Position numbers and translations under genes: made by a program
Shown here: positions 38,372 to 48,954 of the stretch, one piece after another
Layout: the number at the start of each line of letters is the position of its first letter
How positions within the stretch are numbered: the first letter of the stretch is position 1
Notes under the pieces: generated by a model
Seen by the model: only the letters and a program-made list of their open reading frames with translations
Told to the model about the DNA's origin: nothing
The model's database searches: none
Assembly: GCA_039768255.1 (NCBI GenBank)
Contig: JBDNAW010000019.1
Span: forward strand, 3,213-67,212
From: Akkermansiaceae bacterium
Lineage (GTDB): Bacteria; Verrucomicrobiota; Verrucomicrobiia; Verrucomicrobiales; Akkermansiaceae
Length of the DNA stretch: 64,000 nt
Direction of reading: 5' to 3'

Positions 38372-39691
38372 TTACCGCCTCCTTCCACGGCGCGGCTTTT
38401 GGATTTCTGCCTGTAAGTTTGCAGGCAGTCCACTGGTCGCGAGCCATGCCTTAGCTGCTTCCGGATTTCGGCTGAAGAAAATCTGCCCGCTTCTGGTAAG
38501 CGAGCGCTCACGGAGTTGGGGGTCGCTGATCTCATTGGCCCAAGCGATCGCAGTCTCGGGTTCTTGGGCGGCAAGGCCCACTGCAAATCCACTGATGGCA
38601 GAATCTCGCTTGGGAGAACTCGGCATGTTGACGAGATACGTTCCAGCGGCCACCGGATCTTTATCTTCCCAGTCATCGAAGGCGGAGTTCAGCGCCGCTT
38701 TTTGACCGTCTCCCTCGGGAAGTCGATCCAGCCAGCTTACCGCCGAATCAGGATCACGCTCGGCCCACTCGCTACCGACTTCGCGCACTGCTTCTGCCGC
38801 ATATTCTTCTCCTGCAAATTGCTCAATCCACACTGAAGCCGCAATGGGATTCTCCCTAACGTAACGTCCAGCAACTCGATCCATCGCGCGACCTTTCAGT
38901 GGCCCGTCAGCGAGCCCCTCGACCCAGACCGAAGCCTGCTCGTATCCACCTTCCCTCATCACCTCTCCTACCACGATCCCCATAAACCGCGCTGCATTTT
39001 CATTTCCTGCATCCGCCATCGCCTGCACGTATGCCGCGGCTTGCTCCTGATCACGATCCGCAAGACCTGCGACCAAACCACCCTCGAGACGCTCTTTCTC
39101 TTCCGTAAGATCCTCCGGAAGATTCGCGAGCATTGCAATTGCGCCATCGGGATCGACCGCAGCCCAACCACTCATGAGCGATTCTAAATCACGCTTATTT
39201 CCTAGCGCGGCAGTGTTAAAAGCCTCCTCACCGCCGAGTGCTCCCCAAGTATAATTGAAATCTCGAATCTCCTGACCTCGAGCTCCCAGCGCAGTTAATT
39301 GCTCACGGATCTGTGGAGCATTTTCTGCCGTCACCGAGTCAAGTAGCTTCGCAAAAGCCATCCGTCTCACAATGGGGTTTGGATCGGTAAAAGCCAATTT
39401 TGCGAGCGCATCTGGATCACCTGCAGGGAGCTTCTTAGAAAATGAATCAGTCACCGAACTCTCGGCAGCGAGCCTCTCGGCGCGTGTCCGGAAAGTTCCT
39501 CCACCCGCTGATGACAAAGAGTCCGGACCACGCTCCGAGACACGCACTACCGAGCCATTTGCTCCTTGCTGCCCCTGAGTATTTTTATTGGTTTGGGAGT
39601 GAAATTTCGAGCCTAAGATCGAGCCTAAGACAAAGGCTCCAAGTGTTCCAGCGGCCCAAAAACCTTGCGTTTTCAAGGAATTAAGTTTCAT
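38372..39691 (-). CDS. Membrane-anchored helical-repeat protein, unknown family (paralogue of 47678 and 48955)
   Basis: N-terminal TM, then at least 7 repeats of (D/E/N)Pxx(A)xxW(l/v)xx(L)P type (DPDSAVSWLDRLPEG, EPETAIAWANEISDP, NPEAAKAWLATSGLP). Confidence 0.6.
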   Translation of the reverse strand: MKLNSLKTQGFWAAGTLGAFVLGSILGSKFHSQTNKNTQGQQGANGSVVRVSERGPDSLSSAGGGTFRTRAERLAAESSVTDSFSKKLPAGDPDALAKLAFTDPNPIVRRMAFAKLLDSVTAENAPQIREQLTALGARGQEIRDFNYTWGALGGEEAFNTAALGNKRDLESLMSGWAAVDPDGAIAMLANLPEDLTEEKERLEGGLVAGLADRDQEQAAAYVQAMADAGNENAARFMGIVVGEVMREGGYEQASVWVEGLADGPLKGRAMDRVAGRYVRENPIAASVWIEQFAGEEYAAEAVREVGSEWAERDPDSAVSWLDRLPEGDGQKAALNSAFDDWEDKDPVAAGTYLVNMPSSPKRDSAISGFAVGLAAQEPETAIAWANEISDPQLRERSLTRSGQIFFSRNPEAAKAWLATSGLPANLQAEIQKPRRGRRR

Positions 39692-39771
39692 CAGCTGCCC
39701 TATACGGATGAACAGAGCCACTTTTATCTGAGATCATCCGCGCCGCTTCACAAGCGGAGTAATTTAAATTT

Positions 39772-40998
39772 TTATTCATCGTTCGTGATAAAGCTCACCT
39801 TGGTCGTCTTTTGGAAAAAGGCCATCCCGAGATCAGGGTGAATGGCCGCTAGACCATAGATCATCGAGGAGTAATCAATCGCTTCGATGCGATGCGCGCG
39901 CCAAGCCGGGTTATCCACGCTGAAGCGCGGGAGAAGCTCGCCAACTGGAGTCTTCAACCGCCGAGTGGATTCGCGGTAAATCTTCAAGAGATGATCTTTC
40001 GCCTCAGGATAGACGGGCAAGAATCCCGCAATAATATGGGGACTTACCACCGCGGTGGGATTATTCAAAAAGGAATCGGCATGATAGCCGCGATCCGGGG
40101 TCCCCCCTGCTCCACAGCCCCAAAGCTCAGCAGAATTTGTGTGCTTCGTCATCGCCCGTTGATCGGCACGAGCTTGGGCGAGGCAGAATTTTTGATACTG
40201 GCGATCAGTCGCACCGGCATGACTCAAGTAAAAAGGAAACTGGAGCGCAAAAGAGGATAAAGCTTGGTAGCGCGGCTCACTAGCAATATCTAAGCCATCG
40301 AGCTTAAAGCTGGGTAAGTCATTAATCCCGATGATTTGGCTCTTTCCCGTTTTGGCGAGCTGCTGCGCTCGAATAAACTCCGCGAGAATAAGATACTCGT
40401 TGAAAAGCTGGGTCACTTTCGCTCCCTTGCCATTTTCCATTACCATAAAAAGCTGGCGCCCGTCCTGTGAAACCAAGGCAGCTGACCAATCGATGGAATT
40501 CCAAAGCTGGTCCGCTTCGTGATGAATCCTGGGATCAGAAAAATGATTCCGACAAGCCAGGACGCCGGCCACCAGAATTGCGGTATCGATCGTGGAGCAC
40601 TCGGACTTCGAAGTGCCGGTATCACTCTGAAAAAAATGGCGGAAAAAGCCAGTAGAATCCCGCCCGATTTTCGAAAGTGCACGAATAGTTATCAGTGCCT
40701 TTTTTTCCGCATCAGGATCGCGCCCTAACTGATCATCCATACACAAAGCAACCAATCCCACACCCACTGCTGCGATTGAGCATCGCTTATTTTGCGCTCT
40801 GCCAATCAGGTAAGCGTCACGGTAGTAGCCCTCCGGAGTCCGTTGAAGCTCATCGTAATAGTCGAGGGATGCATGGAACAACTCCGAAAGTTCACCCAAT
40901 TTCTCAGACGCACTCAGCGGAGCCACAGTCCAGAGAATGAGCTGGTAGAAAAGAAAATGACTCACCCACCCTGCTACCAGATCATGCCGAGGTCTCAT
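39772..40998 (-). CDS. Putative (alpha/alpha)6-barrel glycoside-hydrolase-like protein (DUF3131/glucoamylase-like)
   Basis: ..YYRDAY..CSIAAVGVGLVAL.., ..CSTIDTAILVAGVLAC.. resemble the putative-glucoamylase/GH144-like family. This assignment is from memory and unverified. Confidence 0.4.
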   Translation of the reverse strand: MRPRHDLVAGWVSHFLFYQLILWTVAPLSASEKLGELSELFHASLDYYDELQRTPEGYYRDAYLIGRAQNKRCSIAAVGVGLVALCMDDQLGRDPDAEKKALITIRALSKIGRDSTGFFRHFFQSDTGTSKSECSTIDTAILVAGVLACRNHFSDPRIHHEADQLWNSIDWSAALVSQDGRQLFMVMENGKGAKVTQLFNEYLILAEFIRAQQLAKTGKSQIIGINDLPSFKLDGLDIASEPRYQALSSFALQFPFYLSHAGATDRQYQKFCLAQARADQRAMTKHTNSAELWGCGAGGTPDRGYHADSFLNNPTAVVSPHIIAGFLPVYPEAKDHLLKIYRESTRRLKTPVGELLPRFSVDNPAWRAHRIEAIDYSSMIYGLAAIHPDLGMAFFQKTTKVSFITNDE

Positions 40999-41874
40999 TT
41001 AAACCGTGCAAATATCAACCGCTTCGCTGAGTGAGGTCATCGGGTCGTTCTTCGGCACAAATTCCTGACCAAGGTAACCCGCGTAACCGATCTTAGCGAG
41101 AGCCTTGCAAATGCCTCGGTAGTTCAGCTCTTGGTCATCACCGATTTCGTTACGACCTGGGACCCCTGCAGTGTGGTAGTGAGAAATGGCATCCTTATGC
41201 TTGGTGAACGTCTGGATGCAATCGCCCTCCATGATCTGCATATGGTAGATATCGTAGAGGAGCCTAAAGCGATCTGATCCGACTTCGTTGACGAGGTCCG
41301 CGCCCCACTGAGTGCGATCGCACATGTAGTCTTTATGGTTCACCTTGGAGTTTAAAAGCTCCATCGAAATGGTGATGCCGTGCTCCTCAGCAATCGGCAT
41401 GATTCGCTTCAGTCCGGCGGCGCAATTCTTTAGACCAGTAAGATCATCCATTCCCTCGCGGTTTCCAGAAAAGGCGATGAGCTGAGGGACGTTTCCAGCA
41501 GCTTTAGCTTTGGGGATGCAGTCTTTATAAATCTCGTAAAGGGTGTCGTGGTTCTCGGTGCGGTTGAAGTTCTTCGGAATGCTTCCGATGCCTTTGCGTG
41601 GACGAATCCGGCCCATCGCGCACTCGAGGCCATGCTTCTTCGCCGTCGCCCAAGCGTCTTCGAAGAGAATCTCCACCGACTCGATCCCGAGCTTCTTCAC
41701 TCCCACACAAAACTTTTCAAGCGGGATTTTTCCAAAACACCAATGGCAAACCGAGTGCTTAAACCTCGCAGAAGAACCGGTGGCTTCATCTGCAGCTTTA
41801 ACTTGCGAGCCCATGGCCGTGAAGAAAGCAGCGGTTCCGGTCGAGAGAGTAGCGAGTGATTGTCGGCGATTCAT
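40999..41874 (-). CDS. Tat-signal xylose isomerase-like TIM-barrel protein (hydroxypyruvate isomerase-like)
   Basis: Twin-arginine signal MNRRQSLATLSTGTAAFFTAMG. SMELLNSKVNHKDY, LLYDIYHMQIMEGD, YHTAGVPGRNE. Zero gap to the downstream gene. Confidence 0.8.
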   Translation of the reverse strand: MNRRQSLATLSTGTAAFFTAMGSQVKAADEATGSSARFKHSVCHWCFGKIPLEKFCVGVKKLGIESVEILFEDAWATAKKHGLECAMGRIRPRKGIGSIPKNFNRTENHDTLYEIYKDCIPKAKAAGNVPQLIAFSGNREGMDDLTGLKNCAAGLKRIMPIAEEHGITISMELLNSKVNHKDYMCDRTQWGADLVNEVGSDRFRLLYDIYHMQIMEGDCIQTFTKHKDAISHYHTAGVPGRNEIGDDQELNYRGICKALAKIGYAGYLGQEFVPKNDPMTSLSEAVDICTV

Positions 41875-42010
41875 AACGCTGTTAATTCACCATAAACTAC
41901 GAATATCTGTCGAGGAACTTGAATCACTATAATTTAAACGATTCCTCCTGACTGCCCCAGCCTCGGATTTATAAAAGTGCGTATTCACCTGAACTACTCC
42001 TCCCTCCCTA

Positions 42011-44569
42011 TTAATTCGCCACGATGTTGACGAGCTTTCCGGGGACGACGATGACCTTACGGATGGTTTTTCCGTCGGTGTGGGTTTGGACGTTTTCGTC
42101 GGCGAGGGCGGACTTTTCGGCATCTTCTTTTGAGACATCGGCAGGAACCATGATGCGGGAACGGAGCTTACCGTTGACTTGGACAATGAGCTGGATCTCC
42201 GATTCGACGAGGAGGCTTTCGTCGAGCTCAGGCCAGGTTTGTTCGCTGAGAAGTTCGCTTTCTCCGAGGAGGGCGTTGATCTCTTCTGCAAGGTGAGGCG
42301 CGAAGGGGCTGAGGAGCTTAAGGAAGGTGAGGAAAAGGTCCTTGGGGACTTCCGCGGCGGCGGTGTAGGCGTTGGTGCACTCCATCATGGCGCTGATGGC
42401 GGTGTTGAAGCGGAGCGAGTTGATCGCTTCTTCAACACGCTTGATCGTTTGGTGGGTGATCTTGGTCAGAGCTTGCGCTCCCTCACGGTCGTCCGCATCG
42501 GCGTTTTCACCTTCGGTGATTTTTCCGCTCAGCTGCCAGTTGCCTTCGGCGTCTTCCGAGCAGGCGACGCGCCAGACTTTTGCGAGGAAGCGGTGAACAC
42601 CTTCGACGCCTTTCATGGCCCAAGGTTTGTCCTGGTCGAGAGGGCCCATGAACATTTCGTAGAGGCGGAGGGCGTCAGCGCCGTAGTTTTCGACGACGTC
42701 ATCGGGGTTAACGACGTTGCCGAGGGACTTGGACATTTTCTGTCCGTCTTCGCCCATGATGAGGCCGGGGGCGAAGTATTTTTTGAAGGGCTCCTTGGAC
42801 TTGAGGTGGCCGAGGTCGTTGAGGACTTTGTGCCAGAAGCGGGAGTAGAGGAGGTGAAGGACGGCGTGTTCTTTACCGCCAACATAGAAGTCGACGAAGC
42901 CGTCTTCGTTGCCCCAGTAATCTTCGTTCTCGGGAGAGATGAAGTGGTCGGTATTTTGGGGGTCGCAGTAGCGGAGGTAGTACCAACAGGAGCCGGCCCA
43001 TTGGGGCATGGTGTTGGTCTCGCGCTGAAGTTTGTCGGAGTAGTTGATCCAGTCGGTGCAGTTGATGAGTGGTCCGCGGGGGTCGCCGGTGGGCTTGAAG
43101 TCCTCCATCTCGGGTTGGAGAAGGGGGAGTTCGGATTCGGGAACGGCGGAGTGTTGGCCGGTTTCCTTGTCCCAGAGGAGAGGGAAAGGCTCACCCCAGT
43201 AACGCTGACGAGAAAAGAGCCAGTCGCGGAGTTTGAATTGGATTTTCTGGGTGCCTTTGCCGTTTTCGGAGAGCCAGTGAATGATCTTCTTTTTGGCGTC
43301 CTTAGTTTTGAGGCCGTCGAGGAAGCCGGAGTTGATGGCGGTGCCGGGGTCGGTATAGCCCTGCCAGTCCTGGTCGTCATTTGGCTGAACGACTTGAAGG
43401 ATGGGGAGGTCGAATTTTTCGGCGAATTCGAAGTCGCGAGAGTCATGCGCGGGCACGGCCATGATGGCTCCGCTGCCGTAGCCCATCATGACGTAGTCGG
43501 CGATCCAGACGGGGATTTTTTTGCCATTAACGGGGTTGGTGGCGAAGGATCCGGTGGCGACTCCAGTTTTTTCTTTGTCGAGGCCGCGCTCCATGTCGGA
43601 CTTGGAGGCGCAGGTGGCGATGTATTTTTCGACGGCGTCTTTTTGCCCGGCGGTGGTGATTTCTGCCACCAGCGGGTGCTCGGGAGCGAGGACCATATAG
43701 GTGGCGCCGAAGAGGGTGTCGGGGCGGGTGGTGAAGACGGTGATGTCATTGCCTTCGACATCGAAGGTGACTTCGGCACCTTCGGAGCGGCCGATCCAGT
43801 TGCGCTGGAGGGCTTTGATGGACTCAGGCCAGTCGAGGGGCTCGAGTTCATCGATGAGGCGCTGGGCGTATTTGGTGATGCGGAGCATCCACTGACGGAG
43901 AGGGCGACGTTCGACGGTCTCACCTTTCGCTTTCCATTCTTCGACTTCCTCGTTGGCGAGGACGGTGCCCATGCTTGGGGACCAGTTGACGGGGGCTTCG
44001 TGGATGAAGGCGAGGCGGACGTCATCGATTTGGGCTTGGGTCCAGCCTTTGGCTTCGAGCTCGGAGACGGGCTTGGCTTTTTGGTCTTCGTCGCAGAAGT
44101 AGGAGTTGTAGAGCTGGAGGAAAATCCACTGGGTCCAGCGAACGTATTTGGGATCGGTGGTGTTGACTTCGCGGTCCCAATCGTAGCCAAATCCGAGTTC
44201 TTGGAGCTGGCGGCGGAAGTTGTCGATGTTGGCCTCAGTGGTGACTCGCGGGTGTTGGCCGGTCTTGATGGCGTATTGTTCGGCGGGGAGTCCGAAGGCG
44301 TCCCATCCCATGGGGTGGAGGACGTTGAAGCCGTTCATGCGCTTGTAGCGGCCGACGATATCGGTAGCGGTGTAGCCCTCGGGATGGCCAACATGGAGGC
44401 CTGCTCCACTCGGGTAAGGGAACATGTCGAGGATGTAGTATTTTGGCTTGGACGCATCGAAGCCTACCTCACCGGGACCGGGAGTGCGGTAGGTTTTATT
44501 TTCGGCCCAGTGGGACTGCCATTTGGGTTCGAAGAGGTCGAAGGGGTAAGGCTTGCGTTTCTCGGACAT
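42011..44569 (-). CDS. leuS: Leucine--tRNA ligase
   Basis: HIGH (HVGHPEGY), KMSKS (KMSKSLGN), CP1 editing domain, 852 aa. Confidence 0.97.
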   Translation of the reverse strand: MSEKRKPYPFDLFEPKWQSHWAENKTYRTPGPGEVGFDASKPKYYILDMFPYPSGAGLHVGHPEGYTATDIVGRYKRMNGFNVLHPMGWDAFGLPAEQYAIKTGQHPRVTTEANIDNFRRQLQELGFGYDWDREVNTTDPKYVRWTQWIFLQLYNSYFCDEDQKAKPVSELEAKGWTQAQIDDVRLAFIHEAPVNWSPSMGTVLANEEVEEWKAKGETVERRPLRQWMLRITKYAQRLIDELEPLDWPESIKALQRNWIGRSEGAEVTFDVEGNDITVFTTRPDTLFGATYMVLAPEHPLVAEITTAGQKDAVEKYIATCASKSDMERGLDKEKTGVATGSFATNPVNGKKIPVWIADYVMMGYGSGAIMAVPAHDSRDFEFAEKFDLPILQVVQPNDDQDWQGYTDPGTAINSGFLDGLKTKDAKKKIIHWLSENGKGTQKIQFKLRDWLFSRQRYWGEPFPLLWDKETGQHSAVPESELPLLQPEMEDFKPTGDPRGPLINCTDWINYSDKLQRETNTMPQWAGSCWYYLRYCDPQNTDHFISPENEDYWGNEDGFVDFYVGGKEHAVLHLLYSRFWHKVLNDLGHLKSKEPFKKYFAPGLIMGEDGQKMSKSLGNVVNPDDVVENYGADALRLYEMFMGPLDQDKPWAMKGVEGVHRFLAKVWRVACSEDAEGNWQLSGKITEGENADADDREGAQALTKITHQTIKRVEEAINSLRFNTAISAMMECTNAYTAAAEVPKDLFLTFLKLLSPFAPHLAEEINALLGESELLSEQTWPELDESLLVESEIQLIVQVNGKLRSRIMVPADVSKEDAEKSALADENVQTHTDGKTIRKVIVVPGKLVNIVAN

Positions 44570-44820
44570 GTGTTGGGGGGAGAAAAGGCAGAATTAAGGG
44601 GAATGGCACGCAAAAAAGCGAAGGGGCGGGGGGTTCAGCGTGGTGAGGTGTTTTGACAGAGGTGTTTCCGTAGATCGGAAGCGAGTCCTGCCGCTGGTCA
44701 TCGGTGAGTAGGAAGATGATACTTGGCTATTCGGCTTGAGCGAAAGAAACGAGAAATGAAAAAAAAGCGGATCATGGGAGTTGAGTGCGAGTTTTGGGGC
44801 AACGATCAGGTATTAAAGAG

Positions 44821-45546
44821 ATGACCGTTCCTATCACGAAATCGAAAGCATTATTATTACTCGGAGTTTTTTTGGGCTCTCCTCTTTCTCTGGCGCAGGA
44901 GGAGAAGCTCTTATTTGAAGATCATTTCGAGCGGAAGGAAGCCGATGACACAAAAGAGGAGATCGGGAACGGATGGTCTTCGAATAGCCAGAAACGGGCA
45001 AAGGGAAATAAACAGGTCGATCTCAAAGATGGCGCGATGCACATCACCTTTCATCCAGAGGCTGATCACGCGGTTTCGGTGGTTCATCCGGCGGAGTTTC
45101 AAAATGGCAAAATCACCCTCCGCTTCATGCTTCCAAATAAGGAGGATAGCTTAGGACTGAATTTTGCAGATTTAAAATACAAGAAGGTTCACGCTGGTCA
45201 CTTGTGCATGGCAAAAATTGATACCCATGCGGTTCAGCTCAATGATCTCAAGACCGGAGTGATGGACCAAGAAATCCGGGTGGCGAGGCAGGCGAAAAAA
45301 CTCACGCCGGAGCAACAAAAAATGCTCAAGACCAAGACGAAGCGTTTTAAAAATAAGATCGAACCAGGAAAGTGGCATCGCCTTGAGATCACGATCATCG
45401 ACGATACGATGGCCCTCTCGATCAATGGCGTGCAGGTGGGGGCATTTTCTTCTGAAGGAATAGCTCACCCAACCAAGCGCACTCTCCGTGTGGCCGTGCC
45501 GAAGAAAGCGATCATTGATGACATTAAAGTTTACGCGCTCAAATAA
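44821..45546 (+). CDS. Secreted concanavalin-A-like lectin/glucanase-fold protein (DUF1080-like)
   Basis: Signal peptide from ATG 44821. ..GNGWSS.., ..DGAMHITF.., GKWHRLEITIIDDTMALSINGVQV jelly-roll-like pattern. Confidence 0.45.
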   Translation: MTVPITKSKALLLLGVFLGSPLSLAQEEKLLFEDHFERKEADDTKEEIGNGWSSNSQKRAKGNKQVDLKDGAMHITFHPEADHAVSVVHPAEFQNGKITLRFMLPNKEDSLGLNFADLKYKKVHAGHLCMAKIDTHAVQLNDLKTGVMDQEIRVARQAKKLTPEQQKMLKTKTKRFKNKIEPGKWHRLEITIIDDTMALSINGVQVGAFSSEGIAHPTKRTLRVAVPKKAIIDDIKVYALK

Positions 45547-45551
45547 TGAAA

Positions 45552-45581
45552 AAGCCGCCCTTCAGAGAATAGGCGGCTTTA
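45552..45581. terminator. Bidirectional terminator between convergent genes
   Basis: AAAGCCGCC-12 nt loop-GGCGGCTTT. Confidence 0.7.
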
Positions 45582-45604
45582 AGGTTCAGGAGTTGTCTAT
45601 TCTC

Positions 45605-46315
45605 TTATCGACGATGCGAACGCTGAGCGCTCCCAGAAGATCGGCCGCTGCTTGATGGAGCGGGCTGCGATTTCGGGGCAGGGGCAGAGCGTGGAGCACT
45701 ACGAGGAGTAGGTGCTGAACGGGTAGGCTGAGGTCTCACCGATGGCTGACGAGAGATAGACTGGTGAATCCGAACCGGCTGAACACTCGCCGAATTAAGC
45801 TGCGTGCTTGAGCGGTAGGAAGCACTCCGTTCTATCCGGGGATAAGAGGAAGTCGACCTCGGCGAGCTGCTCACATCAGTCGGTTGTCGCTTTCCACGAT
45901 AGCGCGGCTGGTCGGAACGATTCGACCCGCTAGCGTGGCTCGAGCTATTCGAATGGCTGTGGGTGCGGTGGTTTTTATAATGCACACGATTGAGAGATGA
46001 AGGGCAGGCTACCGGACGGCCGGTGCGATAGCCGGTTGGGTAAACAGCAGTGGTGTAACGACGTGGCGCTGTATTGCAGTAGCTGCGACTGAGTGGATTG
46101 TAGTATCGGCGGCAGCGATAATCGTAGTAACTTCGACGATAAGGGTCATATCCCCAATAGCTATTACTGGTGCGAATCAGGCCAACATGGGCCGTGGTGT
46201 AACTACCACCATAGGAGCTGTATCCGGAGCCAGAATTATAATGATCGAAGTCCGTGCAGGACGACAGGAAAAGGGCGGCTGCGATGCCTACGAGCATATT
46301 CAAAAAGATTTTCAT
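45605..46315 (-). CDS. Lipoprotein with a Tyr/Arg/Ser-rich low-complexity region and a basic disordered tail
   Basis: Signal peptide plus lipobox (LFLSS|C). YSSYGGSY..YDPYRRSYYDYRCRRYYN.., then PRSAPRSAPAPKSQPAPSSSGRS. Confidence 0.5.
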   Translation of the reverse strand: MKIFLNMLVGIAAALFLSSCTDFDHYNSGSGYSSYGGSYTTAHVGLIRTSNSYWGYDPYRRSYYDYRCRRYYNPLSRSYCNTAPRRYTTAVYPTGYRTGRPVACPSSLNRVHYKNHRTHSHSNSSSHASGSNRSDQPRYRGKRQPTDVSSSPRSTSSYPRIERSASYRSSTQLNSASVQPVRIHQSISRQPSVRPQPTRSAPTPRSAPRSAPAPKSQPAPSSSGRSSGSAQRSHRR

Positions 46316-46361
46316 ATCAGTGGTATGACGGAGTTGAGGTAAGGGTTATTCAGTTAAGAAT

Positions 46362-47582
46362 CTATTTTTTAATCGCGCTGTAAATCAGGGGCTTAAGTCC
46401 ATGCTCAAGATTCCAATTATAAGGCATCGTCTGCTCCATCGTGACCACGATGAGGTGATCTTTAGGCGAAATCCAGTAATGCGTGCTTGCAGCGCCCCCC
46501 CAGCCATATTCGCCGAGCGCAGCATGAGGATCCCAGCGATCGTCTTCCCGGTATTTTACGGAAAATCCGAGACCAAAGCCGGTGCCATGACGTTGATCAT
46601 TTTCACCAAAAGAAATGCACTCGATACTCCGGGGAAGCTGGTTGGTGCGCATCAGCTCCACGGTATCTTCACGAAGATATCGGATTTCATTGAGCACTCC
46701 CCCATTTGCGATCATTTGAAGGAAAATGGCGTAATCTGTCGTGGTGGAAACAAGGCCACTCCCCCCACCCTTAAATACGGGGTCTTTGAGGTAGCTGCTA
46801 TTTTCAGCTGAATCTGCAATGGTCAGCTTCTCTTTACGCTTTCGGTATTGGACCGCGAGGCGATGAGCTTTTTCTGCTGGAACTTGGAAAAAAGTATCGG
46901 TCATTCCGAGCGGAATAAGCAGCTTATCCTGCAGCACTTTTTCAAATGGCTGCTGAGCCGCGCTCGCGATGACCGCAGCAAGCACATCAGAACTCAACCC
47001 ATAAACCCAGCGCTCTCCAGGTTGATAAAGGAGCGGAAGCGGCGCGACGGACTCGATCATTTGAGCGAGTGGGGCCCCACGATTTGAGACGCCGTTTTCA
47101 CGGTAGATCTTCCCAAGTGGACCGCCCCAGCTGTTTCCATATCCCGATGTGTGCCGGAGAAGATCACGAACGGTGGTATTTCGAAGTGCGGCTTCTTTTT
47201 CCGTTTCACTGAGAAGAACGCTTTGACTTTTCAAAGAGGGCAAATGCAATCCAATGGGGTCATCAAGCGTCATCTTCCCCTCTTCACAGAGCATGAGAGT
47301 GGCCGCAGAAGTGAGCCCCTTTGTCATGGAGTAGATCCGAAACAAGGTATCTTTTTCCATCGGCAGCTTCTTCTCGCGATCTCGGTGACCAAATTGCTCA
47401 TGGTAAACGATCTCGCCGTGACGCATCACGAGAACCGATCCTCCCACGAGCTTTTCCGCCCCGATCATCTCCTCGACTGCAGGCCGAATCTTCGCGAGCT
47501 CAGAAGTGGACATTCCCTGCACCAAAGAATCTTCCTGAGCGTTCAGGGTGCAGAGCATAAAAAATGTAGCAAAAAGACGCAT
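46362..47582 (-). CDS. Serine hydrolase (beta-lactamase/class C-like, EstB-type family)
   Basis: Signal peptide, SxxK (YSMTKGL), LLRHTSGYG, WGGAAST. Confidence 0.85.
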   Translation of the reverse strand: MRLFATFFMLCTLNAQEDSLVQGMSTSELAKIRPAVEEMIGAEKLVGGSVLVMRHGEIVYHEQFGHRDREKKLPMEKDTLFRIYSMTKGLTSAATLMLCEEGKMTLDDPIGLHLPSLKSQSVLLSETEKEAALRNTTVRDLLRHTSGYGNSWGGPLGKIYRENGVSNRGAPLAQMIESVAPLPLLYQPGERWVYGLSSDVLAAVIASAAQQPFEKVLQDKLLIPLGMTDTFFQVPAEKAHRLAVQYRKRKEKLTIADSAENSSYLKDPVFKGGGSGLVSTTTDYAIFLQMIANGGVLNEIRYLREDTVELMRTNQLPRSIECISFGENDQRHGTGFGLGFSVKYREDDRWDPHAALGEYGWGGAASTHYWISPKDHLIVVTMEQTMPYNWNLEHGLKPLIYSAIKK

Positions 47583-47677
47583 TCCAAGACCTTATGGAAA
47601 TCCGCCCTCGAATCGACCCCAAAAAACAAGAGACCTTTCTCATTGGTTGCGACGTTATCCCTCAGTAAAACTCTTTT

Positions 47678-48934
47678 ATGAAACTCTCATACATCGCTCC
47701 ACCCGCCATCGCCTTGATAGCCTCAGGGATTTGGCTAGGCCTGCAGCACCAAGAGATCACAGAACTCGTTCATAAAACGAGCATGATCAATGAACGCATC
47801 GAGGTGGTTAATCGCGGAAGTCAGGCAAGCCACTCCTCAGAAGCGGATGAAAAAGCAGCGGATCTTCCCAAAGAACTTCTTCTGGAGAATGGCAGTCTAG
47901 ACTGGGCTGCCCTCGCCAGATTCATGACCAATAATCACGGCAATGGGATGCCCAAAAACATCCGCACCATGATTAAGCTTGAGCAAAAGCTGATGGAGCT
48001 AGAGGTGAGCGACATCAAAAAAGCTCTAAAACTCATCAAGCGGCTCCAACTCTCGGCCCCGCAAAGAGAAGCCCTTCAAAACACCATCGGGCGGGTCTTC
48101 ATTCAGAAAGAACCGAAAACCGCCCTCGCCTATTTCGAGGATAACCTGAACGATGACCATAGCGCCCTCACTTGGATGCTACGAGAAGCGGTGGGCAAAT
48201 GGGCAAAAGAAGAACCACTCGCGGCACTTGCTTGGTTTGATGAGCAAAAAGCTAAAGGGGCTTTTGAAGCAACGAAACTTGACCCCAATGCGGGAGCCGA
48301 AAATGAATATGCTTCGCAAATTTACTCGGCGCTGCTGCTGAGTGATCCTGCCCAAGTTGATGCGCGCCTCTCGATATTACCAGATCGTGAAAAGGAAAGG
48401 CTGCTTCAAAATGCCGCGCTCTGGAGCGGCACTCCTGAAAAAGAAAATGCTTATTTCGACCTCGTGCGCCGGAATCTTGGAGAAGGACAACAAGCACAAA
48501 TCATCGGTGGAGCACTGGTGCTCCCTCTCATGCGCGGGGGTGATCTCGATGCTGTTTCTGAAAAACTTTCATCCGCTAAAATCTCAGATACCGAGAGGCA
48601 AGCGGGCATCGAAAAAGTCAGCCAACATTTCGCACGACCGTGGAATCGGTCAGCCTTCGACCTCAAGGAAACCTACGCATGGTTTGGGAAAGAAGCTCCT
48701 GATCAGCAACTCGAACTCACCGCAAAAACGTATGCGCACTATGGAAATCATCGAAATACCAATTTCGAAGCAACGTTTCAGGAAGTATCCGCTCTCGCCG
48801 CTGAGACCGGAAACCCTGAACTGCTCATTCATTTCGCAAACGGCTTAGAACGCCGCGAGGAGCAGCTCAACTCCATCAAAGATGAAGGACTCAAATCTTC
48901 CCTCTCTGAAATCATTCATAATCTCCCCGAATAA
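47678..48934 (+). CDS. Membrane-anchored helical-repeat protein, unknown family
   Basis: N-terminal TM (PPAIALIASGIWLGL). Repeats EPKTALAYFEDNL, EPLAALAWFDEQK, DPAQVDARLSILPD. Confidence 0.6.
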   Translation: MKLSYIAPPAIALIASGIWLGLQHQEITELVHKTSMINERIEVVNRGSQASHSSEADEKAADLPKELLLENGSLDWAALARFMTNNHGNGMPKNIRTMIKLEQKLMELEVSDIKKALKLIKRLQLSAPQREALQNTIGRVFIQKEPKTALAYFEDNLNDDHSALTWMLREAVGKWAKEEPLAALAWFDEQKAKGAFEATKLDPNAGAENEYASQIYSALLLSDPAQVDARLSILPDREKERLLQNAALWSGTPEKENAYFDLVRRNLGEGQQAQIIGGALVLPLMRGGDLDAVSEKLSSAKISDTERQAGIEKVSQHFARPWNRSAFDLKETYAWFGKEAPDQQLELTAKTYAHYGNHRNTNFEATFQEVSALAAETGNPELLIHFANGLERREEQLNSIKDEGLKSSLSEIIHNLPE

Positions 48935-48954
48935 ACTCCTCCCAGCTTTTCGCC

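Noticed and set aside
38038-38676. 212-aa minus-strand ORF bridging the TIM-barrel gene and the helical-repeat gene
   Set aside because: It overlaps two better-supported genes, antisense to one and out of frame with the other. The translation is Arg/Ser-rich with no motif.
42613-44190. Two long same-strand alternative-frame ORFs inside leuS (277 and 234 aa, Ser/Thr/Pro-rich)
   Set aside because: These are a compositional artefact of the same codon bias, with low-complexity translations. The leuS frame carries the HIGH and KMSKS motifs and accounts for the region.
42179-44656. 825-aa ORF on the plus strand, fully antisense to leuS
   Set aside because: It is codon-for-codon aligned with leuS. 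Its openness therefore only requires leuS to avoid the sense codons TTA, CTA and TCA, which fits the C/G-ending codon bias of this gene. The translation is low-complexity (G/V/E/D/A/F-rich), has no motifs, and has no promoter or terminator of its own.
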